Assembly: GCA_964016885.1 (NCBI GenBank)
Contig: OZ024740.1
Coordinates: 90,768,001-90,832,000, forward strand
Source of the DNA: Eledone cirrhosa
Lineage: Eukaryota
Direction of reading: 5' to 3'
DNA length: 64,000 nucleotides
Below the pieces are notes generated by a model. That model had not been told where the DNA came from. It made no database searches and saw only the letters and a program-made list of their open reading frames with translations. The stretch's first letter is position 1; every line of letters starts with the position of its first letter. Below, piece by piece: positions 26,901-37,984 of this stretch. Made by a program: the position numbers and the translations under genes.

Positions 26901-27580
26901 CTACCAAATCTTGTCCTAGCCCGTCAGCATTCATCTCCTCAGTGGCTGTATCTCTGTTCCAGGTATTATTTATCTCAGCAGTCAGATCATTGTCTGTTTC
27001 GGGTGTTTCCTCCGTTCTCTCGACCTCTTCACCTTCATTTCCCACTGGCTCGTTTCCTTGGCATACTCCACCCTCCATCTCCAAGCTAATCTCTCTGCCC
27101 AGTTCCTCCAGTTCCAGCTCGCTTATCCACCCATTAGTTCTTATTACCCGAGCCTGCCCGGCCAGTTTTTGTTCATCTAATTTAAATGGACCAATCTCGT
27201 TCCAGATGTTATGCATCCTTTTCCTACAGCCTTTCTCCTTGGGGTTACTCTTCAGGTAACATTGTATAACAGTTCTATTCAATTCTTTCGTCCAGTTGGT
27301 TCTGGTCCCTTTCCTTCTTCTTCCTCCGACACCAGCAGTATTTGGTTGACAGCCAGGTTCCTGCTGCTGAGCCAGGGTGCACCTGTTGGGTGAGAGTCTG
27401 TCACATGACATTCTAGTCTCCATTTCACCGTTATTCGAACTGTTTAGGTTCGACATTTAAACACTCTTATCGATGATTAGCGAATGTATAGTTACATAAC
27501 CACCGGTGAATTACTTGTCTCCGGTGGTTTCGTCACTCCACGTGACTTTTGTGTGGCATTATCACGCTGTAGACGAACCC
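23986..27580 (-). mobile_element. Dong/R4-clade element, near full length
   Basis: One long, interrupted ORF at 27456-24062; structured 5' leader to ~27580; 3' UTR abuts (ATT)n on +. The 5' boundary is uncertain and could extend to ~28805. Confidence 0.88.
24062..27456 (-). pseudogene. R4/Dong ORF: N-terminal conserved domain, RT, CCHC, restriction-like endonuclease (frameshifted)
   Basis: NWTKELN..QCYLKSNP..RMHNIW..EQKLAGQARVI (R4-type N-terminus), WKSTGPD, NYRPITCL, EQKGCR, WIDYKKAYD, GIFQGD, LFLDD, CRICGEREETVGHIVSEC, RHD, RP(G)L..IV(N)VACP. Confidence 0.9.
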
Positions 27581-27764
27581 AAACAAACAAACAAACAAAC
27601 AGGCAGAAAAAACCCCAAAAATGAATAAGCATAAGTTTCATTGTAATGTAGTGTTTGAATGTCTGAGCTAGTGTTTCCCTTCCCTTCTCTGTCCGTCCGT
27701 TTGTTTTTCTCTTCATTTTTATTTCCTTTACGTTTTTTGTTGTTGCTGTGCTGCTTTGATTTTG

Positions 27765-28230
27765 ATATTCAGTCTATTTATATATTTTGAGGTTTTCCTC
27801 TTTTAGTGGGAATTCTACAATGTAGCAGTGGATAGCGGGAGAGAATAGCGGCGGTAGTCATACTGAGGCAGCGGCGGCGGGGGTGGTGGCGGTGCTGTGC
27901 TAGCAGCAACTAGCAGGGGTTAGTGGGAGGGAATAGCGTCGGTAGCGATAGTGAGGAAGCGGTGGTGGTGATGTGGTCGTATTACTTTGTTAAAACTAAA
28001 ACTTGATTTTGATTATTGTTTTTTTTTTTTTTTTTTATTTTGATCGGGTCATCAATTCAGTCTATTTATATATTTCGCAGGGGGTAGCGGGAGAGAATAG
28101 CGGCGATAGTGATATTGAAGCAGCGGCGGCAGTGGCGGTGCTGTGCTAGCAGCAACTAGCAGGAGGTAGTGGGAGAGAATAGCGGCAGTAGCGATGAGGC
28201 AGCGGTGGTGGTGATGTGGTCGTATTACTG
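27765..28230. repeat. Imperfect direct duplication of a GC-rich GGC/GGT block (~27765-27985 and ~28055-28230)
   Basis: TTCAGTCTATTTATATATT..TAGCGGGAGAGAATAGCGGCG..GCTGTGCTAGCAGCAACTAGCAGG..GATGTGGTCGTATTACT occurs twice. Confidence 0.8.
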
Positions 28231-28835
28231 TAGTGATGGTGTTGAAGTTGGAGTAGAAATTTGAGTCGACTTGACCAGAGTTTTCATCGTGGTAGTGGTG
28301 GTGGGATTGGTGATGAAATTATTTTTAGTGAAATTATCGTTAGTCGCGTGTATGTGTTGACATTTATTGGAATTAAACATTTTGTTAAAACTAAAACTTG
28401 AGGCAATAGTAATAGTAATTATTATTATTATGTTGAGATTGGTGGTGGTGGTGGTGAAATTGCCGTTATCGGGCTGTTGTGTTTAGTGTACACAGAGGGG
28501 TGATGGGGTAGGTGGTGTATCTAGTTTCTGATGTTGGTGAAATTGCTGTTATTTGGCTGTTCTATATAGTGTAGACAGAGGGGGTTTCCTTCCATTTATA
28601 ATCATTTTCTTTTTGAATATAAAATGTATAATACAAAATTGAATATTTGAGCGATATAACAATATATTGTTGATCCGAATTTGGATGTTTTATGCAACAT
28701 TTGTACTAAGAATTGTTATTTCACGATTGATTTAAATATGTTAAAAAATCAAAACTTACGGGAGCGATTTCTCGACCTTCTATCCACCATGTGTGTCTTC
28801 TTCCCTTTATTATTATTATTATTATTATTATTATA

Positions 28836-30700
28836 ATAAACGCTCGTAGCAAGGTGCTAGCCATACATTCCTTGGCAGTTTCAGTTGTCACTTATAGATT
28901 CGGTGTGTTGAACTGGAATATCAGTGAAATCAAAAGATTCGATACCAAAGTCCGTAAGCTTCTGACCTGTAATAGGATTCACCACCCAAAAGCAGATGTG
29001 GATCATCTTTACCTTCCTAGAACTCAAGGAGGCCGTGGCCTGATCCAATTGGAACTTCCTCACAAGACCACCATCATTGGGCTGGCCAAATACCTTGAAA
29101 CACCTTACGACTGTATGCTGAATCTTGTTGAAAAGCATGAGGGAAATAAGAAGCTTCATTCTATCTTGCCGGAGAGGAAAATATGCTACTGATCTTATGC
29201 TTGATACCCAGGCTGGACAGACTAAATAAACTGTTGCAACCGATGCTGCTAGGCATATAAAATCACGTGCAAGAGCAAAAGGGCAAGAATAATTAGCCTT
29301 AAATAGGGAGCAGAAACCTCTGCATGCCAAATATGTGGCCCGTAGCAAATAAGCTTATATTGACCAAAAGCACACCCATCAGTGGCTATGTAGTTCAGGG
29401 CTAAAGGCGGAGAGTGAAGTCTTCATCTTAGCTGCCCAATATGAAAGCTTATTGACTCGTAATTACCAGGCCAATGTGATGAGAAACGGAATTAACCCAA
29501 AGGCTTTTGACAGCATACAGCTCTCATTGTTTCCGAAATAAATGCACATCTTCAAATTCTCACTGTAATTTCATTTTCCTAAAAGATAATAGACCATCGT
29601 GAGACACAAATCTCCTATTATATCATTTCCATGGAGCACTAACTTCTAAGAAAATAAACATTAACTGTGGCATTTTCCAATGTGACTCGCTGTAATACCA
29701 CTTACAATCGAACATAATAGAACAGGTTATGGTTACAAAATAAGCCACAAGAAAATAAGCTACCTATTATATATGTATGGTATAAAGCTATATTACAAAG
29801 ACAATGACGAGCTGAAAGGAATTTTGAGGAGAGTAAACACTTTTAATGACGACATCAGGATGGAGTTTGGACTTAATAAGTCTGCCAAGGCAATTCTCAA
29901 GAAATGGAAGCTCATCAACTCAATTGAATTATATAATGAAAGAGTCATAAAAGAACTTGAACAGGAACACGCATATAAATAATGTAAAGGGATTAATGAA
30001 ACCTTTCCCATTCAGCATGCAGTCATGAAAGAGAAGACAAGGAAGGAATGTTACAGGAGAGTACGCACGGGTGTGAGATCAGAACTAAATTACATAACAA
30101 GGTTTCAGCCATCATTTCCTTAGCAGTTCCAGTTGGCACTTATAGCTTCAGTGTGGTGAACTGGAATATTAAAAGAAATTCGAAGAATCGACACCAAAAT
30201 CCGTATGCTACAAACTTGTAATATGATTCACCACCCGAAGGCAGATGGAGATCGTCTTTACCTTCCCATTTTCTTAGCTTGTAAAATGTTTTTGCCATGA
30301 TATTGTGATTACATGGGATGCTCATATCAATGAATAAATATTCCTTTTACAAATATATCTGGTCTATCAGCTTGTATGGCCCTTTCAGTATGTACTGGAA
30401 ATTGAAACACAAATGGCACCTCAAGACTTTTACAATAGCAGTGATTGTAGAAGCACTGGGCATGATCAGGAAAGGAAGAGAACAGTATTTGAGAATGACA
30501 CCTTGTTTACCCTCTCGTTGAGAGGTGCAAAATATTGTTTTCACTGGTACTGCACACGTATTGAGAAGAGCACTATCTCTCTGTAAATTATAATCAATTT
30601 GGTGTGTTAAGTGGCTTACTAATGTATACTGTGAGTTTATTACCCTAGAAGCCAGGAGGACACTCGACCAGTAATGGAAACAATACTGAATGAAAGGCCA
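28836..30700 (+). mobile_element. Rearranged fragments of a second R4-like RLE family
   Basis: KVLAIHSLAVSVVTYRFG..HHPKADVDHLYLPRTQGGRGL (28836-29190); RT pieces (GIFQ.DSL, IRMEFGLNK) at 29500-30260, out of order; C-terminal IVEALGMIRKG..GTAHVLRRAL at 30420-30585. Confidence 0.8.
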
Positions 30701-30885
30701 GTAATTCTTTTGGTGGAAGTCGATTAAATCGACGCCAGGGCGTTACTGGTGCTTTATTTTATAGACCCTATAAGGATGAAAGGCAAAGTTAACTTCGGTG
30801 GGATTTGAACTCATACCGTAAAGGTCCGAAACTCTATGCTGCACACTATGGTGTCTGACGCTCTACCGATACTGCCAAATAACCG
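30697..30885 (-). mobile_element. tRNA-derived SINE
   Basis: Homologous to 5318-5505; B box on the minus strand. Confidence 0.8.
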
Positions 30886-31652
30886 TCATTTCGTTATATA
30901 CCGAATGGAATATTTGTTGTAACATTCGAATAAAATTTATATCCAAAATATTTTGACTAGCCATTAATCAGAATTGACAGTGATCGCCATATCCTTATCT
31001 ATATAGTATATGAGGTATATTATGGTTCGCACCTTACACTTATATCTTATACAGACCTGATTATATATAGAAACCCGATTGTGTGTATATCCTGTAACAT
31101 CCAAGGTAAACAATATACATAGATCAGAACTCTCCAATACCCGCATTACATATTGGGAAAACTAATATATTTAGGTAAACTTAGAAAGAACTAACTAGTT
31201 ATTATATATTAACGTTTGCATTTCATCCACTTTCTTTGTTTTCCTGAAGCACATTACAGGTGTGTTTCTGATATTGAAGAAACAATCTAATTTATCCGTG
31301 GAAAGAAACTTATACATGTAGGAATTTATGTTATATAATACATTTGAAGTAAAAATTTAAAAAAAATCAGCTGATCGTGTACGCTCAAAGCTACGTTAAT
31401 CACTTTAGATAAAACGTTATATCATTCAGCAAAACATTAACTCCGTCAAATAATACGTATGATACCGAAGGATGGTATTGTCTTTTTGAAAGACGATTAA
31501 TTATTTGGTATACGGAAGCTTATATCATAATATATGTACTAAATATGTGTGTAATCATGTGTATGTATAGAGACTTGTATTTATGAATGAGATAAATCTA
31601 ATCCAAAAATACTCTGTAAATACATAAAAAATAAAAAAGGAACACAATAAAA

Positions 31653-31653
31653 T

Positions 31654-31696
<43 letters not shown>

Positions 31697-31721
31697 CAAT
31701 AATAATAATAATAATAATAAT
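31653..31721. repeat. (TAC)n then (AAT)n microsatellite
   Basis: Read directly; forms the 5' junction of the next Dong copy. Confidence 0.95.
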
Positions 31722-33490
31722 AGCCTAGAGATCTTCAAGGTGGCAGATAACATCAGACAGTTGTTGAGAAAAAGTATGAAGTCCTGGAAAACAGAGTTAA
31801 CATCAGCTGGAGAATCCTTGGGAGGCGTAAAGATCAAGAGAGGTATCTTCCAGGGTGATAGGCTGTCCCCTTTCTTGTTTGTCCTTGCCCTGTTGCCCTG
31901 ACCATTATACTGCGAAAAGTGAGAGCAGGATACAAGTTGGGAAAGGGAGGGCTTACCATCTGTCACCTCCTCTTCCTGGACGATCTTAAGCTCTTTGGGA
32001 CGAGTGAGAAGGAGTTGGATGTGCTTGTTAACACTGTCCGTATTTTCAGCAATGATATATGTATGCAATTTGGTTTTAGTAAGTGTGGAGTCCTTGTGAT
32101 GAAGTGGGGTGAATTGAGCAGAGGCAACGGAATTCAGGTACCAACAGGTGAGATGATAAAGGAAATTGACACTGAAGAGGGATACACGTATTTGGGTGTT
32201 CTAGAGGCTGATGACATCGATAACAAAAAAATTGAAGCAATTGATAAGATCTGAATACATTCGGAGAGTAAGTAGAGTATTACAGTCACATATGAACAGT
32301 AGAAATGCCATAAGTGCAGTAAATTCCAGAGCTGTGTCTATTATTTGGTACAGTGCGGGAATTCTGAGATGGAATGTTGCTGAACAAAAAGAAATGGATA
32401 GGAAGACTAGGAAGCTATTGACTATCTACAACATGTTCCACAAGAGGAGTGATCTCGATAGACTCTACTTAAAGATATCTGAAGGTGGAAGAGGTCTTAT
32501 CAGTATAGAGGAATGTGTTCAGATGGAGAAAAACAACCTACACAAATACGTGACTGATAGTAAGGAGCTAATGCTCAGAACTGTACTGAAGGAGAGGACA
32601 ATAGACCAGGGGATGTCCAAGGAGGAATTGACAACAAGGACGAAGAGCAACCTTCATGAAAAATCCCTTCATAGTACCTTCTTTGAGAAAACTGAATTCA
32701 GAGATCCACAGACATGGAACTGGTTGAAAAGAGGAGACCTTAAAAAGGCTACAGAAGGAATGCTAATGGCTGCGCAAGCGCAGGCCCTCAAAACGAAGTG
32801 GCTGAAACACCATATTTACAAGGAGGAGGCAAGCCAACTGTGCATGATCTGTGGGGAAAGAGGGGAGACTGTGGCTCACATTGTATCCGAGTGTAAACAC
32901 CTAGCCCGGATTCACTATAAAGGCTGGAGATATGATGTGATGGGCAGGGCGATCCAGTGGCACCTATGCAAAGTAAACAATTTACCACATTCTGAGAAGT
33001 GGTATGAGCATAAGCCAGAGTCGGTGATAGAAAACGCTCAGGTGAGGGTGCTGTGGGATGTTAGGATACAGACGGACAAGAAACTGGAACACAATAGACC
33101 TGACCTTGTGGTTTTGGACAAGGAAAAAAAGATCGTGCTTGCTTGTGGATGTGGACTGCCCATTCGACACGAGAGTGCAAGAGAAGGAGAGGGAGGAAAT
33201 TAACCGATACCAGGACTTAAAGTGGGAGGTAAAAAGGATTTGGAACTGCCATGAAGTCAAAGTGGTCCCGATTGTCTTAGGCGCACTAGGTACTATCTCA
33301 AAGAGTTTTCAGTGATAGTCAAAGAAACTGGCCCAGCCCCGCCTTTTGGAACACTTCAAAAGGCATGCTTGCTGGGAACAGCAAGAACCCTCCGATAGGT
33401 CCTGAATATCTGAGGCTGCAGGTAGTGGCTTGATATTCATTTCAACAAACTTTCCAGTTAACTAACATCAGTGACTGAGACTCAAAGAAC
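31722..33490 (+). mobile_element. Dong/R4-clade element, 5'-truncated in RT
   Basis: LFLDD, CMICGE..HIVSEC, RPDL. Same 3' UTR; (AAT)n on both sides. Confidence 0.92.
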
Positions 33491-33522
33491 AATAATAATA
33501 ATATTAATAATGATAATGATGA

Positions 33523-35610
33523 CGATTTATTTATTAACCATGGAGGGCTCACATTAAGAAAACAAGACGGCACAACAGGACGGTAATTTATTATCTGCAA
33601 CTTGAACTCCATTCTACAGGTGTAATCGCAAAACAGGCCCATTCATTCGGAGCATACTCATCTCTCTCACACACCCTTCATCAAATTGGTTGGAAGGTTT
33701 CATCTTCACCCTGATTTTTCTCTTGAAGTAAAACCTGAAAATGTTAAATGGGGCTTCTACTCAGCCCTTTGAAACGCATCCACAACAGCACCTCTTTCGC
33801 CATGGACACTAGGCAGATGAAATGCGCCTGTCCATTCCCTCTATTGGCAGACGGTGAGGTGATATTCACAATGGACTCACTTGTAAGTCGGATCTATCCC
33901 ACAAGTGACATCGGGTAAACGACGTTATTTATACTCGGACACCTGATGAGTGCATTCAGGACACTTTCGTCGCCTTTTGAGCCTCTCGTACAGGTCTTAT
34001 GACACTTCATTCCTATAGAGTTTATCTCAAACTGCCATATCTCTTGAGTAGCACTGCCATGCCCGGGATTACTGGAAGTTATCTATGTGCGTTGGACCGA
34101 AATTACTATGGAAAGAAGACGCTCGTAAATGTTCGTCAATATGGAGTTACTACCGATCGTAGTGCCATATTGAATGAGAGATGTAAGCGCTGGATAAGAT
34201 CTCCAGACTGCACAAGCTACCTCTCAGCTTTTGCTTGACCCATGACTGCAGCACCATTAAGAAGAAGAGCTAGGAAAAATCATGTCTACTGAACGGCGAC
34301 CTCACCTGTTCATGAAAAGATAGAGATATTTTGGCCTCAGTGCGGAATGGCGCGTGTTTGAGGCTAAACTACAAAACCAAAAGTATCAGATGTGTCACTA
34401 ACACTTTGGCCACCATTTTAGACTCTGAGTTCAGCAGAGATATGGGCCTGAAGTTATTTAGAGGGTTCCTTCTAGTTATTGTCGTTTTTTGGCAACGCAA
34501 CTCCCCCCTATCTCAGAGAACTTGTAGTTCCATCGTTTAATTGCCAGTTGGCGCAGACGTCTGTTAAGATGTGTAGCATACTTGTGAAAAAGCTGGTTGG
34601 GTTGACCATCGAAACCAGGCGATATGATTCTCGTGCCTCTAGTCATTCGTCCCATATTTTACAACTATGAGGACCCTCACGACGCCCCGAAACGTTTGAT
34701 CAATGTGTCGTTAGAAAGTCCAACTTATTTAACTGGGATCATTCAATATGCACCCATCAAGGTACGCCAAATACCTGATTGTGGCTTTGTTATTACACCA
34801 TGCCTCACCCACCGTGGCCAATCGTACTGTTTTAAGGATATTCTTTAGTCTATTGGCCACTAACCCCGATACATAAGAGAAAATCAAAAAAAATCAGTGA
34901 TAGTGGAAATTTACATATAACGAGCAAAAACAAATATAAGTATCCAATTACTAATGAATTAATAACAAATATATTCCACGATAGGGGGAGTACCAGCCAA
35001 ACGTGAATTAAGAACCATTTCTCTTCTCTAGATTTCCAACCCTGCATTGCGCATGTTCAGGGTAAGACCATCCTCGCTACATTCACCCACGCCTTAACAA
35101 ATGCACTCTGAGGGGAGGGCCAATCCTTCCCTCGTCACCGTCATCTTCCTTTCTAAGTGAAACATGAACAAAAGTTAATGAGCGCTTTTCCGAAGAGCAA
35201 GGTGTCAGTTTTCATTCCATCCAGACGCGACGATCGCACATTGTCTTTCGATACAGTCACTTGGCAGTGGAAAATGGCCTGTTCGTCGCGTGGTGATCTT
35301 CCCAGTGGAATCGGCAGATGTAGAGATCCATACTATACACAAAACTCCACTAGTCAGTAATGACCGGACAATGCTTGCAGAACAATTTCGTCACTCTGCG
35401 TGCATATCCAATATTGACATCAATTCATTCATGAAGATTTTATCATAACCGGAAGTGCCCCATTATAACTGCCAAGCCAGGGAGTTTTCCAAAGGCAGTG
35501 AGTGCCTGACAACATTCCCCATAGTAGGCGCCCTGTTTTGGTTTTCGCTTAACCTAGGACTGCAGCTTAGTCAAATTGGTGAGTTGCGGAAAAGTTACTG
35601 TAAAACACAG
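33523..35610 (-). mobile_element. Decayed Tx1-like fragments (T2; two 3' ends at ~33525 and ~34850)
   Basis: 3' motifs (TTTATTAACCATGGAGGG; TCTATTGGCCAC) and degenerate ORF2 C-terminal and RT pieces (NFRPISLLNSE) homologous to T1 and T3-T6. Confidence 0.7.
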
Positions 35611-36310
35611 CGCCAATGCTATATATTTTAATGTGTAATATACACTAACTTTAATTATTTATCTTAACATAATACGTAAAAAAAGTATGAAATATAGTGA
35701 ACAATAATATGAAAGGCAATAGCATTAAAATATGTAATATAATATTGAATACTAGAACATGAATTATGATAAGAAAGCTAAAAGCAACAGAATACTTTGA
35801 CAAGTTCAATAATACGAAAGATGAATACAATAATTTCGTGCGGTATTGCTTTGTTTGTCATGAGACATAAAGTGGTATTGGGAAATATTACCTGCATCAC
35901 CGTATACAATTTGCAAATTATTTTGCAACATAGTGAATTGTATCAGATATTTCGAAGAATATTTCAAATGGAGTAGCTTAAAGCGTCACATATTTGTGAA
36001 CATTTATAAACAAATTATTGGTTATACTTGAAGTAATACGCTTTATATATGCAACGTTACAATACAATAAATAAATTCAACATTCTTCAAAATATAGATG
36101 TAAAATTCAAAGAAAGAAAGCAAATACTAACAAGGACTTAACTTTTAATATCATGCGTGCAATACATAGGAGAATATATAAACAGACACACACATATATA
36201 TATATTTATATGTATATATAATGTATTTTGCAATACACTTTATGCTTAATTAAAAGCATTTTGAAGACCGTCAGCTATTGTTTTAAAGTAGTGACAACTT
36301 CACTTACTTT

Positions 36311-36405
36311 GATCTCAGCAAAGAGGGGAGATAAGCCGACAAGGCCTTGTTTCGCTTTTATTGAAGCTTATCAAGGCTAACTACTCCCTCCTGTCTAGCG
36401 AGATC
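36311..36405 (-). ncRNA. Type I hammerhead ribozyme, U3:A8 core, intact (unit 1)
   Basis: AGCC-TTGATAA-GCTT-CAATAA-AAGC-GAAAC-AAGGCCTT-GTC-GGCT; extended stem I closed by GATCTC/GAGATC. Confidence 0.88.
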
Positions 36406-36630
36406 ACTGATGTTATATTCTTATAGAATTCTAGTAAATAATCAGGAATTGATTATAAGGAGCGGTTGTTGGTCAGGCAGAAATTAAAACTTAGAATTGG
36501 AGCTCTGAAATAGCAATATATATATATAGATGTATATATAATGTATTTTGCAATACACTTTATGCTTAATTAAAAGCATTTTGAAGACCGTAAGCTATTG
36601 TTTTAAAGTAGTGACAAATTGACTTACTTT

Positions 36631-36725
36631 GATCTCAGCAAACAGGGGAGATAAGCCGACAATGCCTTGTTTCGCTTTTGTTGAAGCTTACCAAGGCTAA
36701 CTACTCCCCCCTGTCTACCGGGATC
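36631..36725 (-). ncRNA. Type I hammerhead, unit 2 (core TTGGTAA, A6G; probably impaired)
   Basis: Same fold with one substitution at conserved A6. Confidence 0.75.
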
Positions 36726-36929
36726 ACTAATGTTATATTCTTATAGAATTCTAGTAAATAATCAGGATCTGATTATACAGAGCGGTTGTTGGTCAGGCAG
36801 AAATTAAAAATATATATATTGCTATTTCAGAGCTCCAATTCTAATTTTTAATTTCTGCCTGACCAACAATCGCTCTGTATAATCAGTTCCTGATTATTTA
36901 CTAGAATTCTATAAGAATATAACATCAGT

Positions 36930-37024
36930 GATCTCGGTAGCCAGGAGGGAGTAGTTAGCCTTGATAAGCTTCAACAAAAGCGAAACAAGGCCTTGTCGGC
37001 TCATCTCCCCTTTTTGCTGAGATC
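36930..37024 (+). ncRNA. Type I hammerhead ribozyme, U3:A8 core, intact (unit 3); predicted cleavage after 36997
   Basis: AGCC-TTGATAA-GCTT-CAACAA-AAGC-GAAAC-AAGGCCTT-GTC-GGCT; palindromic stem III ACAAGGCCTTGT. Confidence 0.9.
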
Positions 37025-37251
37025 AAAGTAAGTGAATTTGTCACTACTTTAAAACAATAGCTTACGGTCCTCATAATGCTTTTAATTAAGCATAAAGTGT
37101 ATTGCAAAATACATTATATATACATCCATATATATATATATTGCTATTTCAGAGCTCCAATTCTAATTTTTAATTTCTGCCTGACCAACCACCGCTCTGT
37201 ATAATCAGTTCCTGATTATTTACTAGAATTCTATAAGAATATAACATCAGT

Positions 37252-37346
37252 GATCTCGGTAGACAGGAGGGAATAGTTAGCCTTGATAAGCTTCGACAAA
37301 ATCGAAACAAGGCCTTACCGGCTTATCTCCCCTATTTGCTGAGATC
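37252..37346 (+). ncRNA. Hammerhead, unit 4 (GTC changed to ACC; probably inactive)
   Basis: Core intact, but the NUH triplet is lost and stem II has a mismatch. Confidence 0.75.
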
Positions 37347-37569
37347 AAAGTAAGTGAATTTGTCACTACTTTAAAACAATTGCTTACGGTCTTCAAAATG
37401 CTTTTAATTAAGCATAAGTGTATTGCAAAATACATTATATATACATCCATATATATATTGCTATTTCAGAGCTCCAATTCAATTTTTTTTATTTCTGCCT
37501 GACCAACAACCGCTCGGTATAATCAGTTCCTGATTATTTACTAGAATTCTATAAGAATATAACATCAGT

Positions 37570-37664
37570 GATCTCGGTAGACAGGAGGGAGTAGTTAGCC
37601 TTGATAAGCTTCGACAAAAGCGAAACAAGGCCTTACCGGCTTATCTACCCTGTTTGCTGAGATC
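37570..37664 (+). ncRNA. Hammerhead, unit 5 (GTC changed to ACC; probably inactive)
   Basis: Same lesion as unit 4. Confidence 0.75.
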
Positions 37665-37889
37665 AAAGTAAGTGAATTTGTCACTACTTTAAAACAATAG
37701 CTTACGGTCTTCAAAATGCTTTTAATTAAGCATAATGTGTATTGCAAAATACATTATATATACATCCATATATATATATTGCTATTTCAGAGCTCCAATT
37801 CTAATTTTTAATTTCTGCCTGACCAACAATCGCTCTGTATAATCAGTTCCTGATTATTTACTAGAATTCTATAAGAATATAACATCAGT

Positions 37890-37984
37890 GATCTCGGTAG
37901 ACAGGAGGGAGTAGTTAGCCTTGATAAGCTTTAACAAAAGCGAAACAAGGCATTGTCGGCTTATCTACCATGTTTGCTGAGATC
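37890..37984 (+). ncRNA. Type I hammerhead ribozyme, U3:A8 core, intact (unit 6); predicted cleavage after 37957
   Basis: AGCC-TTGATAA-GCTTT-AACA-AAAGC-GAAAC-AAGGCATT-GTC-GGCT; stem III ACAA/TTGT with a 4-nt loop. Confidence 0.88.
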
